Shown here: piece after piece, positions 1 to 13,019 of the stretch
Layout: each line of letters starts with the position of its first letter
How positions within the stretch are numbered: position 1 is the stretch's first letter
DNA from: Paraphysomonas bandaiensis
Taxonomy: Eukaryota > Protista > Chrysophyceae
NCBI GenBank assembly: GCA_965644295.1
Contig: CBFFRP010000072.1
Location: forward strand, 62,001 to 126,000
Reading direction: 5' to 3'
Length of the DNA stretch: 64,000 bases
Notes under the pieces: model-generated
Seen by the model: only the letters and a program-made list of their open reading frames with translations
What the model was told of the DNA's origin: nothing
The model's database searches: none
Translations under genes and position numbers: made by a program

Positions 1-2780
1 CTCACTCAGCTGGGACGGTGCACTCTCTCGCATCAAAAAAGAATTGGACTACTGTTTTACGTACGGTACGTTTTCACTCGTTGTACATCTTACATCGTCT
101 GATCTTTATATTACTAGATGGAGATGATTACACTGTTGACCAAGTTGAGCTGAAAGTGAAACTAGAGGATATCGTGCAAATGGTAGTATCATTCGGGTCC
201 TATCTCAACGAAAATAGTAAAGAAGGATACGTTGAGATGTTTCTCGACCACGTTGTTCAGTCAGCTAAAGGTATGATTAGTTCAGTGTTCACTGTGGATT
301 TTTAATCCATACTATTTTGTGACAGATAGCACAATGGTTCCTTTAGAGAAAATATCTCGTGTAGGAGTAAAGAGTGAAGCTAAGTGCGCTGGCCGACCAG
401 ATGTTCTGCTGGACTCCCCACTAGTTGTTTCTGCCTTACGGAAAGATCTTGATGAGGAAAGAGAGCTCTCTAGAACTCTTGGGAAAGAGGTTGAAACCAA
501 AAAACATGAGTATGTACTCTCACAAGTCCTTTTGTGACAACACTGATTTCGCTATTTGTCCGTAGGCTGCAAGTGATGCACACTAAATTGTTGGGACTCC
601 AAGCTAGGCTAGAAGACAATCGATCCCATGAGGAGCTTTTGGCATCTAAATTCAATGCCCTTACGAAAAGCATTGAAGATATCAAACTGGTGGGAGAGCT
701 TACGAAAGGTAGAATATTTACATATTTACAATGTTCCGTAAAAGATGACGACAGATGGTGGGAATATCTCTCAGAAGGTTGCGGAAAACAGTTCCCTGCG
801 AAAAGAAATAGCATCATTGAATAGCCAGGTGAAGTATAGTGTTTCCTATATACCTTCTTTCTTTTACCTCGATTCAGTTAAATATTGCTAACAAACGAGC
901 AACTGACGCTGAACGCCGGCTGGAGGAAGCTGTACACCGAGAAACAGATATGCGATCGGAATTAACTACTCTGGAACTGAATTTGAAGCTTAAATTAGAT
1001 AAAAAGAAAGCTACTATTCATGAAATGGCTGAACAAAAACAGGATCTGGAACAGGTGTCAAAAGAGCTGTATGACGAGCTTCAGAATGCTCTGTTGGTCA
1101 GCGCTCGTTTGGAAAAGGATAACGAGGGACTCAGAGACCTTCTTGATGAATACCGCGCCGGAGATGCTAGCGTTGCTGTAGTGAGAGAGAAACTTGAAAT
1201 AGAGTACGAGCGTTCCAAGTCTATGGAGGAAAAGATTGAATCGTTGCAGAAAGATTTGACGACTTTAGAAAAAGCGTACCGAGAAATTGTGAAGGTCAAT
1301 GAGAAGCTGGAGATCGAAATGATGGAAAATCGCGAAGAAAAAGCAAGTCTCCAGTACGAAACGGACCGTCAACGTAACAGATCCGATGTCCTCACGGCTG
1401 ACAACCTAGCGTTGGAGGAGACTGTCCGCAATTTGAAAAATCATATTATGAGACTAAATGACAAAATTGTTGAAATCAAAGGCAATATTAGGGTTTTCTG
1501 TCGCGTTCGGCCCTTGTTTGTGGATGAAATTAACGGCCTAAACATTTCCCAAGCAGATCTGGATTCTCTCGTGAAATATCCAGATTACAATGTTCTGGAC
1601 TTTAACTCTTGCCCATTTGAATTTGACCGAGTTTTTGAGCCTCGCTGTACACAAGAAGATATATTCGAGGAAGTTGAACCATTTGCTCGCTCTGTGATGG
1701 CCGGGTGCCGTGTTTGTGTATTTGCGTAAGTTCTTTTCGGTCATGTATGTGAATTTTGTAATAAATTCGGCTATAGGTATGGGCAAACGTCAAGTGGAAA
1801 AACTCATACAATGGAGGGTACTGAGGATGACTCTGGAGTTAACATAAGGTGTATTGAGCTGCTATTGGAGCTGGGAAAATCCAATACTGAGTACAACACT
1901 GACATCAGCTTGTCTGTTATGGAAATCTATAACGAAAACATTCGGTTAGTTCACAATGTGCTTATATTTATGGGGTGGAGAAATATCTCACACATACGTC
2001 GCTTGCAGGGACCTATTGAGCATGGATACATCGTCGCCTGATGAAACCCTAGAAGTTTGCATGGGTCGTAATGGTACGTATGTGAATGGGCTTAGTGAAT
2101 GGCCGGTACGATGTCGCGAGGAGGCACAGTCTCTTATGGCTCGGGGGTGGAGTAATCGCTTAGTTGGTGTGGGAGATATCAACGAGCACAGCTCGAGGTC
2201 ACACTTAGTTACTCTTATCAAGGTAAGTTCTGTAAATACGTGGTAAATTCGATAGCAGGTGATGTGGCCATTAGGTGGAGCGGATGAATGTTCGGAACGG
2301 GCAGCATTTATCAGGATACCTGTATTTGGTAGACCTTGCTGGCAGTGAGCGAGTCAAGTTGACTGCAGCTAACAGCGTCCGACTACGCGAAGCACAAAAT
2401 ATTAACAAGTATGTGCATGAAGTGCACATGTATAATTGACTATATTGTTTTGATATGAATTCTTGTAGATCACTGAGTACCCTTGGAGAAGTAATCTCCT
2501 CACTTGCTGCTCGGCACAAGCACGTCCCATATAGAAACTCCAAGCTCACATTCGTTCTGCAAGATGCTCTAAGAGAAAGCTCAAAGGTGTTGATGTTTGT
2601 AAATATCAACCCGTCTCCGGTGCATACAGGAGAAAGTACAAGCGCACTACAGTTTGCCACTAGATGCCGGTATGATTATACGATTATTGGTAATTTGGAG
2701 TGATATGGTTACTCAGGTCTGTCGAGCTTGGCCACGCGAAAAGGGCAGTCACATATTATCAGCAGCCCGGGAGTAAGTGA
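1..2780 (+). CDS. C-terminal motor kinesin (kinesin-14 type), 5' end outside window, about 10 short introns
   Basis: Spliced translation gives a coiled-coil stalk, the neck KGNIRVFCRVRP, the P-loop FAYGQTSSGKTHTMEG (across intron 1726-1776), NEHSSRSH, LVDLAGSER and HVPYRNSKLT. Stop TGA at 2778-2780. All introns are GT-AG. Confidence 0.93.
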
Positions 2781-3618
2781 AATTTTAAAGTCTAGGCGCG
2801 TCATCGTTCGTTGTAAATATAATGTAAATTGCTTTTGATTATATTTGAGATTAAATACTATGGCCAAGTCGTAGTTTAGTTTTGCACGTACTACTATCGA
2901 TACATCTATACAACTAAATCTACTAATATCGTTCAAGAAATATATCTGGAACAAAAATGAAGCAACTGAAATTGGCTGGGTAGAATAATATCTAACTTCA
3001 ATTAGTAAGAAATAGCGCGCTTAAGTAATTCACACAGTCTGACTTGGTTGACTCAATATAATTATTACCAATAAATTGAAAACCAATAAATTGTTACGCA
3101 AGCCTGCTCAATACTCCCCTGAAACTCACTACCTATATACTATATACTTTTCATAGGATATTATTACCGTAGGAAAAATTTAATTTTGGCCCTTTTTGGC
3201 CCTCGGCCCGCATTTGGCCCTCTACTACAACTAACAATAATAACAATAATTCTTAATTAAAAACACACACAACACACACTACAACCACAAGCAACAATAA
3301 CGCACAAAACAATTTCGCAAAAAAACCTTATCTTACCGTAAAGTACAGTGTACAGTACCTATACGGCTACGACATACAGTAATACTAAGTCACATATAGT
3401 TATACTAAGTAATACGACAGACAACGTTGTAGATTAATAGTTAATAATATGCTACGTCAAATAAGTGACAAAAAACGAAGAATCAATCAGACATATTACA
3501 CACTTAAAACGAAGCATACAATAGCAGCTACAGTAAAAAAATTACCCCTGTACATTAGAAAGCAAGTCTACAACACACAATTTGACAAGTTACTCGTGTA
3601 ACTCGATGAGCTACATAT

Positions 3619-4065
3619 TTAAGAGAGCAAAGTCTTAAACTCTTCAAATTCAATTTCACCGCTACCGTCAGTATCAATCTTGTTGATAAGGTCCTCAATA
3701 TCAATCGTAAGTCCAAAATCATGTTTAATAATTTTAACCAATGTATCACGTTTAACATGACCAGATTTATTCTGTAGACCTCCACATGCAACAAAGGCAT
3801 CAATCATATCACTCTCATCATCAAAATTTTCAGCTCTTTCTTTTTGATTTTCAATAACTTTAAGAAATTCAGCAAAATCAATGGATCCAGACATGTTTTC
3901 ATCTACTTCACTGATCATTTGAAAGAGTTCTTCTTCAGTGGGCTTTTGTCCCATAGCTTCTAATACTTGCCGTAATTCCCATACATCTATAGTGCCACTG
4001 CGATCTTTATCAAATGCAAGAAATGCTTCACGACATCCATCTATTTCTTCTTGACTGAGAACCAT
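3619..4065 (-). CDS. Calmodulin-like EF-hand protein, outer-arm dynein 18 kDa light chain (LC4) type; intronless
   Basis: 148 aa with EF-hands DKDRSGTID, DENMSGSID and DTDGSGEIE. The AFVACGG...IIKHDFGLTIDIE segment is typical of flagellar LC4. Confidence 0.85.
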   Translation of the reverse strand: MVLSQEEIDGCREAFLAFDKDRSGTIDVWELRQVLEAMGQKPTEEELFQMISEVDENMSGSIDFAEFLKVIENQKERAENFDDESDMIDAFVACGGLQNKSGHVKRDTLVKIIKHDFGLTIDIEDLINKIDTDGSGEIEFEEFKTLLS

Positions 4066-4924
4066 TTGATAGTTTGTTTATTGTATTGTTTAATAGAAGT
4101 GAGTATATGGGTTGGTCAGATATATAGACATACATCCATGGTATGGTGGAGATATATGTGTATGATACTGCTGTCTGTGTCTCTATGCATGTCCACGACT
4201 GCGACCTCGCTACATACATATACGTATACGTATACAAATACTACGTATATATATTTTGTAACGAACAACTTTATTAATTGATAGTATCTTCAATCGTCAA
4301 TAACTGAAAAGGTATCCCATTTCCTACTTATATACGTATACCATAGTATACCTAGTATACCGATACAAAAAAATTAAGATCGAAACGAGATTCGATCCTC
4401 CGCAACACACAAAAAGAGTTTTGACCAGGCTTCGGAAATGTTCTTTTTGAAAGTGTATCGCAGTATGAAACCTTGATAAGGTTCACACCGTATGGATAAT
4501 AGAAAGCTACTATTCTCAATCGAGCTTATGGAACTGATATCGCTGCTGTGAGGGTATTCATCATTAGTTTATAGATTTAGTAACACGTTTTCAGTAACAC
4601 TTCCAGTATCGAATGCTACTGGACAACTCGACGGCAGAGATTTTTGGCAGTAACATCGGCCCATGTTACTGGAAATATGAGAACCGTTTGCAGTGACATC
4701 AGTGACATTGCTAAGTATATGATATTACCGTTATAGTTGTTATTGTGTCACATGCAGACGTATATATCAATGTTGACGATGTGGAAAATTTTGATAATGT
4801 TGTTGATGAGGCTGGTGACACTGCGGCCGCTCGCAGTGGAGATCAGCAGCCGGAGCCGGTGGTCAAGTTCAACTCTGCAGCACCATTTCTAAAACTCTTG
4901 AAGGAGAAGGACTTCGCTAAATTA

Positions 4925-5320
4925 TAATGGCCATTAATACCTACTATCTTAATGCAGAGGTAATATCGCTCATAATAGATAGTGTGGTGCTCCCTTAATT
5001 ACTAATTTTAATTAAATAGCAGAACACGAATTGTAACTACTTCTCGCTCTCTACTGACACATCAGGATCTTCTTGCAAGGCTTCATGGAGGGTATAAGCG
5101 TATAAGCATCCTACAACATGTAATTGGCTCGTAGGAATAGCAACGATTCTAGGCGGTATAGAATATAGAATCATATTTCTACGTTCAGGTGTGATAATCA
5201 ACTTTGCACGACTAAAGATCCTCTCAACAACATTAGCTTGTGCTTCAATATGAACATTAGTTGGACTCATAGGTACCAAGTCGAGCTCTCTTGGTGACCA
5301 TTAACGGTTATCAGGCCTTG
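4925..5320 (-). mobile_element. Deleted hAT DNA transposon remnant with a fragment of the transposase dimerisation domain
   Basis: The minus frame reads NVVERIFSRAKLIITPERRNM, a hAT C-terminal dimerisation motif. DNA at 4966-5153 matches the internal part of the 28571-29771 element. The end taacggttatcaggccttg resembles that element's right TIR. Confidence 0.75.
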
Positions 5321-5885
5321 GTTCTGACATCTACTAAGTCCAAAGCCACAGTATTACTATGTCATTTGAACAGATTGGTGCTAAGTTCACCTTAAAGTTT
5401 AAAAATTGAATGCTTCAGTTTAAGGATTTGACGGTAGTTAAATAAAGTGCAATTATATACGTTAAATATAATTCCCGTGAAGCAAGGGATGAGTTCATGA
5501 GTAATGGGTTTCACCTGACTTGCTGACTGGGAGTACTTAGTAGCGTAGTAGGGCTAGGGAACAAAATACTATTGTTAGATAGCATCTCACCAATAATAAT
5601 ATTGATGGAATTTTTAAACTGGCCCCCAAGTACTATTACAATATATTACTATCCGTGCATAGTTTTTTTTCCTAGGAAACTGGATATAACAAGCACGAAA
5701 ATCAAAACAACGTAGCAAAACGGAACAAATAGCAAAGATTGTTGAAATACATTTGTATAAAAACCTCCTTTATTTAAATATATATAGGTAGCGTAATCAG
5801 GAGATTTTCGCACGCTTCACGGAATCTTGCCAGACATATCCATTTCTATACAAATGACGACTATGGTATCAGTTACGACTACACA

Positions 5886-6890
5886 TTACACCAAATCATA
5901 ATGGTGACTAAACCCTTTCTCTTCTTCATCATTTACCACCACGATCCTCACTCCTGCGCCAGGAGTTTTATTATCCGGTTTTGATTTTTCTTTCGCTGTA
6001 GACTCCAGGTTCCAGTTGCACAGTGCACCCGTAATAATCATCGGCATGCCCCATGTGGACTCCGTAACCAAATTCTGGTGATAATGTCCCGCAAAGCAGG
6101 CATCAACGTGATATTCCCTGCACAGGGACATGACCATTGTGCGCTCAGGTAGCTTAATATGAAAGTAAGAATCGGGTATAACCTCACCAGGTTTCCCAGG
6201 TATACTATTCGTCCCCGTAGTGTCCGCCTCAGTTTCAAGTTCGTTATCCAAAAACCAGGGATGATGTCCAAATATGAATATCCTCCGGGCATTCTCTTGG
6301 CGAGCATAAGCTAAACGGGATTCGAGCCATGCATGCTGGGCTTCGAACAAACCCTCCGCCAGAGAATGATCGCTATATAGGTTCGTATTTAGGCAAACTA
6401 TATAAATATCTCTGCACCAAAAAGAAAAGTAATCGTCACCAAATCTTGTCGTAAATCTGTCTATTGAATTCACAGTAGGAACATTTCCAACATCATGATT
6501 GCCACATAAACATAACAGTGGAATTTCAGAATTAAGCTGACTCCATATTCTCTTAAAATCGTCGTACTGCTTATTTTGTATTTCGATACATTCCTCTTTG
6601 GTACCACACGTCCCTTCGAACATTACAGGTTCCATATCGGCAAGATCACCACACATACTAACGAATAGTGGGCGAGGAGAGAGAGAGTTTATATAATTGA
6701 CTGCACGAATGCTATACTCCATCTCAGTATCCCATTCTTTTGACATGGACCATATGCCGAACTGTGTATCAGCTGCAACAACAAAAGAAAATGATGTTGA
6801 TGATTTCTCCACTTCTTTACATGATGATATATTCGAATGTATAAAGGTTCTATTAATCTGTATGCCATTACTAGTAGAGAAAGCAGACAT
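5886..6890 (-). CDS. CPPED1: Calcineurin-like metallophosphoesterase, CPPED1-like
   Basis: Motifs ADTQFG, CGDL, GNHDVG, HHPWF and FAGHYHQN. Confidence 0.85.
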   Translation of the reverse strand: MSAFSTSNGIQINRTFIHSNISSCKEVEKSSTSFSFVVAADTQFGIWSMSKEWDTEMEYSIRAVNYINSLSPRPLFVSMCGDLADMEPVMFEGTCGTKEECIEIQNKQYDDFKRIWSQLNSEIPLLCLCGNHDVGNVPTVNSIDRFTTRFGDDYFSFWCRDIYIVCLNTNLYSDHSLAEGLFEAQHAWLESRLAYARQENARRIFIFGHHPWFLDNELETEADTTGTNSIPGKPGEVIPDSYFHIKLPERTMVMSLCREYHVDACFAGHYHQNLVTESTWGMPMIITGALCNWNLESTAKEKSKPDNKTPGAGVRIVVVNDEEEKGFSHHYDLV

Positions 6891-7488
6891 AGTTAAACAC
6901 TATTGTCTGATATATACTTGTAACTGTGATGTTTTAATTTGATTGAAGTTGATAGTGTGTAATTATCTGTAAGTGTTAATGGATTATATCATATATTAGA
7001 AGTGGTTATATGTGATAGTTTTAAGGATGATTCGAAGGGATTATATAGCGATGCATCCCATCATTCTCTTGGACCTGCTACTGTGTACTAAGTACTGCTG
7101 TGTTCTGGTATGTACTGATATGTACGTTGCTATTTATACGGTGCGTTGGAGGGGAATATGTCTATCCCGACAATTGTAGCAGTACAATTTGTAGTATTCT
7201 GACACAAAAGGTTTACAGTAGAGAGGTACAAACGACATGTACGAATTTACAGTACACGGGTACACAATACCAATGCTACATATACACACACCACATACAT
7301 GTACAGTACATACACATACTTCCATATACTCATACATACACCAGCAGTGTATACCATATAGAGATTATGTACAGCAGATACCATAAGAAACAACACACAC
7401 TAACATCACAATGCTACTAAATCCAATCCTATCATTCCAACAATGACACAATCCTTTCATAACATTATCAGATAACAGTTTTCTTCTC

Positions 7489-8619
7489 ATGCAAAGGTCA
7501 TCTACCCCTAACCTCTCAAAACTAGAATCAGGTCAATCTGATTCATACGATAAAGATGAACGACAACATAAGAAGCGACCCATTATATTACGTATAACAT
7601 CAGGAAAATTACGTAATTTAATATATTTAATGGTGTTTAGTGTCTGTATGTATCTGTTTCTTCATGTAATGGAGACTGGATTAGGGTCCATAGCACTTGA
7701 TGATGAGGTTCATAGGACACATAATTCAAAAGAGCATTATACGGTAGTGATTAATACATATGAACGACCAGATATGTTAACTGCTGCGATTGAACATTAT
7801 TCTAAATGCTCTAAAGCCCAATATATACATGTCGTTTGGTCAGAGCCCACACCTCCTTCACGAGAAATGTTGCTTCTCACTTCTAAATATGACGACCCAA
7901 AGGTATGCACTACAGCAGATCCCTTCTTGTCAATGACTGCGTTTTTCACGTATTTATAGGTGTTTATTGATAAACATGAAACTACGAGTCTCAACAATAG
8001 ATTCAAACCTATTGTTGGACCTCACACAGATGGAATATTTGCAGTGGACGACGACATGCGCGTGCCGTGTTTAGAGCTTGATTTCGCATTTGATGTTTGG
8101 CGGAGTAGCCGAAACACTATAGTTGGATTTATGCCGCGTGTGCATGTGAAGGGAACAGGTGATAGACTGACATACCGCGCTTGGTGGCATGTGTGGTGGT
8201 CAGGCTCATATAGCATAATCCTCACCAAGGCTGCATTCCTACACCACATCTACCTGGATATGTATACCAATAAACTCCCCAAAGAAGTTCACTCGTTTGT
8301 GGACACTAACCGCAATTGTGAGGATATTGCAATGCAATTTCTTGTATCGAATCACACTGGTCTTCCTCCTCTTTTTGTCAAGGGTCACCTGAATGATCTT
8401 GGGGCCCTTGGAGGCATCAGTACCTCCCAAAATGTTATCACCGCCTCTCATATGGACGAACGCTCCAATTGTTTGAATGAATTAGTTAAAATTTTTGGTA
8501 AGAATCCTTTAGTAAAGACACATATCGTTGTCGATTCAGTTACGAATAGATGGTCGAATGCTCCTTCGACGTGGTGGGAATACATTTCCTCTGATCTGTG
8601 GAATTTCAATTCAATGTAA
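7489..8619 (+). CDS. Glycosyltransferase family 64 (EXTL2/exostosin C-terminal-like), type II membrane protein, one intron 7903-7959
   Basis: N-terminal TM segment; motifs SLNNRF, VDDD, VGFMPRVH, YSIILTKAAF and NCEDIAMQF. Confidence 0.9.
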
Positions 8620-9250
8620 TCTCTTTCTAGAGCGTGTACCAAATGTTCTAGTTGTTTTCCTAATAAATGCTTTTCAGAAGCTAACAATGTTGCTGCAGCA
8701 TTTCTACTCAGGGTGTAATGCATATATGCATATACACTTACTCATATTATTCGCTATTACAGAATAGCAGAATAGCACCTCATTGATACTTTTAACTTAG
8801 CTTGAGAAATCTAGATATTAATGAATTACAAGTGCTAGCTACTAGCGTTAATTAAGCTAAAATCGTTGAGTTAGATTGTATAGTACAGGATACAGTATAA
8901 TTGGCAACTTACACTGTAGTTTTATATTAAATCTCATCCAGTGAGGATGATATTGTTGTATGTTAGACCGCAAGAGTTTCATTTGTCTTCCGTTGACCTT
9001 GAATATTCACAATAACAACTCGTAGTTCTTTGTTGAGCACATCAATGAAATGTTTGAAATTATTAACCTCAACACTTTTCAAAATATTGATGCAGCATCT
9101 GGTTAGCACAAACATCTGTCTATCATATATCTGTCACTCAATTTATTTCCACCTAAGTACTAAATAATAAATTTATTGAATGTAGACTAGGTCATTGTTG
9201 ATTTCTTAAAATAAAAACTACGTTAACATTTAAATACAGCGAACTTATTA

Positions 9251-9679
9251 ATACTCCAGCTACTCCAGGCGATATCCACCCCCAGAATTATACCCTTTGC
9301 AAGAGTCCAAACCCGACAGAGACAAGCACAACCACTCCGGAAACAACTCCTCCTTACTTGTGGCCGAAACCCCACCTCGACAACCAGCACCACCTCCACC
9401 ACCGACTTACACTCTCATATACATCTCGCCCCATTCACCCCTCACATAATCCATGGCACAGGCCCGCCAGACACATTGCCCAAAGGTAGACCCCCCGACT
9501 AACCTCAATACAAGGGACGGTTGCACCATGGTGCTCGCAGCGATGCACAAGCAGTCCCGAGACGGTTGCCCGCCACTAGTAGTATATAGCAAGTCCAGTT
9601 ATTAGTTATTAGGTAGTCTATAGATGTATAACTAGTTTCTGTACACAACCGTTCTCATGTAATAATCAGACTTTCCTAT
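9251..9679 (+). mobile_element. 5'-truncated non-LTR-retroelement-like insertion flanked by 71-bp direct repeats (9180-9250 / 9680-9750)
   Basis: GC-rich insert in AT-rich DNA. An open frame runs from the junction to ...GRPPD-TAA (9500-9502), followed by a 3' UTR ending TAATAATCAGACTTTC. The flanking repeats differ at one position. Confidence 0.7.
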
Positions 9680-9910
9680 ATGTAGACTAGGTCATTGTTG
9701 ACTTCTTAAAATAAAAACTACGTTAACATTTAAATACAGCGAACTTATTAGTAGGTTATTAACCTCAAAGGTCAAATATTTATGATATTCTTCCAGTTGT
9801 TTGAGTACTCAGTTTGGTGTTTTTTAGGTCATATACAAATTTATCAAACAGGTCATGTGGGCAATAGTACTGATTGCACAGTATAAATAACACAACGAAT
9901 CACCGTACAG

Positions 9911-11555
9911 TTACAGTGTAAAGGAAGCATATATTAGCAAGCCGATGATCAAATATGACGCAATAATGGCTGTGTAATTCATGGTTTTCATGAGGAGAAT
10001 GAAAGCTGCAGAAGCAGGACGACGCTCTTTCCCTTCATCTGCAAATTTGACAACAGAGGTAGACGAAACAGAGGACTTTAAGTTTCGTCTACCGCATGTG
10101 AACCGACTTCTTGGAGAATTCATGCACTCTTTAGAGCTGTCCGCAAGAGTCTGCACACTTGCTGTTGCATTCAGAAAGGGTTCTGCGAACGTCTTGACAA
10201 ACCAAAAGTTGCAGCAGATATATGACAGAAACGTTCGTCCTTGACCATGAGGTGTCGACATTAGCTGACGTACATACTCTGGATCACGGTGCCGCACAAT
10301 GGCATCCTTGTAATTTTCTGCCATCTGTTGGAGGATTTTGTTACGCTCGAACCGCCAGGCGCTCTCCCGTGCATTCTTGCTCATCTGTCGACGAAGATTA
10401 TCATCCTGAACCAAGGTTTTAGTGGCCTGATAGAATCCCTCAAGGTCCCCCGGAGCACATGTGTATCCATTAAATCCACTCTGTACTAGATGCCCACTGC
10501 AAGTATCTACCACCACCGATACGCACCCGCTAGCGAGAGCTTCCAGTGTTACATTTCCGAATGTTTCGACGTCACTGGGGAAGAGGAGGATGTCTGCAGA
10601 AGCATAGGCTTCTGCAAGAGACACACCTGAGAGCCACCCTGCGCAACTCACATTTTGCATTTCACTGAGAGTAGCTTCGAAAGTACCGTGTCCAACCACT
10701 ATTCCTTTGGCATTGATGCCCTCACTGTGCAGGCGCTGGACTACGCTTGTCCATATATCTGGTCGCTTCTCTGGCACTAAACGACCAACCCATAGTACCA
10801 AAACATCTTGCTCTGATATGCCCCTAGAGATGCGGAATTCAGAAGATCGGCGGTCAGGAGTGAAGAGCTTGAGATCTACACCGCGGCCCCATTCGATCAG
10901 TTCGGTGTTCCGACCGAAACCTTCTCGTTTCAACTTGTCCAACATAAACGGTGTCTAACATACAGAATTATATATAGGAGGAATAAAACGCTCATGGACT
11001 CACCGGTACATAGACAGCGGGCATTTGCTCGTAGAACCCCTTCAAGTAAACCATAAAACCTGGTTTCAAAATCCATTCAAGGAAGTAATATTTTAAGTAG
11101 TCCGAGTAGTTACTGTGCCATGTAGCCATGTATCCTACATTGTTTCGTTGGCACCAGCGAATTCCATCAAGACTGACCAAATCTGGAACAGTGAAGTGAA
11201 CGCAATTGGGGTTGAATTCCTCGATCTCTCGCAGTGTATTTTCCCCAAGGCTTCCTCCAAATGCATAACCTTCTCCAGCTGCAGTGAATGGGATCTTAAT
11301 ACCTGGGATTATAATAATGTCTTTAGTCTGCTCTGCAGTAAACTCATCCGGAACAGTAGAAGCAATTTTCACAACCGCACCACGAGATCTCAAATGCGAT
11401 TCAAGACGACGAATAGTCAAAGTCACACCGTCTAAAACAAAATAACACGCCGTAAATATTAATATTCGTAGTTCATCATCTCGAGGTCTGTTGTGAGCTT
11501 TCAATTCAGTGATTCCGCCCATTTCCATTTGTTCTTCTTTTGTTGGAACACTCAT
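9911..11555 (-). CDS. GT4 glycosyltransferase, sulfoquinovosyltransferase (SQD2)/PimB-like, one intron near 10955-11003
   Basis: Motifs DGVTLT, WGRGVD, VGRLVPEK and FPSDVETFGNVTLEALASG; C-terminal hydrophobic segment. Confidence 0.8.
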
Positions 11556-11990
11556 TCTTAAGGAATTCTAATGAAACTATGAGTTCTATACTGCTGTATG
11601 CTGTGTAAATATCGATGGTATATAAGACGTATGTAGATATATATACGTTACAAAATAATCCAGGAATTGACTTCCAATAATGAATCGATTGATGCAATGT
11701 ATTGGGAGTCTTGATCTGGTTATTTTAATGCAACTAGGATACAATTTAAGTTCGTAACAGACGGTATCTATGTGCAATAGAGTGGCTGGCAATGACAGGA
11801 TTGTAACCCGTACGTACAGCATACCTACATACGATCCGGAATATACACTACCGGAAGAGGATTATACCCCTCATGCCCACACGCCCCCACACCCCTCGCA
11901 ACTGTCGGCGATGATGATGATGCACCAGCAGCACATACATTCATACCCCTACCTTCGTACCTACTTGTGTACCTACCTACAGTACATATG

Positions 11991-12089
11991 TACATACCTA
12001 CCTACATACATACATACCTACATACATACATACATACATACATACATACATACATACATACATACATACATACATACATACATACATAC
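11991..12089 (+). repeat. (TACA)n microsatellite in a divergent promoter region
   Basis: Directly visible tandem TACA units. Confidence 0.95.
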
Positions 12090-12248
12090 GTATCTTGCAT
12101 CTCTGTGTATAGCACTATAGTATACCGCATTGTATATGTGGTATGGGGATACGCTGCAGAGTGTTGCAATGTGCAACAACGCTCTCACTATTTCATTATC
12201 TCTCCATAACATAGTATTGTATACAGCTATCCTTTGCTGCTCGCCCAA

Positions 12249-13019
12249 ATGATATACACACTGATCATTACTGCCCTTCTTGCATTTGCCAATGCAAATG
12301 TATCCATGTTGGACTCTCAGAATGCAAGATTATTTTTGCACAAGGTATACATACATACATACATACACATACCTTCATACCTTAACACTATCCTTATAGA
12401 CATCGAAAACAAATCCTGTTGTGGAAGGTGAAGATTTCGTCATCACTTATACGGTAACTAATAACGGTGGACTGTAAGTTGTTCAGTGTAGTACGTACAT
12501 TTTGTCATGTATTTTATTATACAGTGCTGCCAAAGGAGTAGAGATTGGTGATAGATACGATCCCAGAAGGTAATAATGAATTTCTAGAACTACTTTATTC
12601 TCATGAAGTTTCGGAGTAGTTTTGAGGTGAAAGGAGAGTCTTCTGATGAAGGGTCCGTTTCATTTTTTTTGGATGAAATTCCTTCTGGAGGGAAAGTTTC
12701 AGTAAACGTTACAGTGGTCCCAAAGCTGTTTGGTATGTACGAGTCAACTCGTGCCCGCATTCGTTACTCGAATGCATATTCGGAAGAGGATCTTGAGGAT
12801 GACGGAGGGGAGAGTGTTTTTCAGGGCCACTCGTCTTCTATGGGTCGTATTAGAATTATTTCTCATGACGAGTTTGAGCGTATCTCCTCCGGTAATGTCA
12901 AGGAATGGGCAATCTTCGCCGTGTTGGTGGTATTATCTACTGTTGTGCCAGCAATTTCCTACTTCTCATCCAAGCAGGCTGGTGAGGCGATCTCACGCAA
13001 GAAAAGGAAGGCCGCTTAA
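12249..13019 (+). CDS. SSR2: Translocon-associated protein subunit beta (TRAP-beta), 3 introns
   Basis: Signal peptide, ARLFLHK|T...VVEGEDFVITYTVTNNG, VTVVPK...G, and a C-terminal TM followed by a basic tail. Confidence 0.8.

Noticed and set aside
3164-3341. C/A-rich segment with TTGGCCC repeats bounded by TTACCGTA direct repeats
   Set aside because: There are no inverted termini and no second copy, so it could be low-complexity DNA downstream of the LC4 gene.
11770-12248. ORFs with YIHT/CMYV repeats
   Set aside because: These are translations of the (TACA)n microsatellite.
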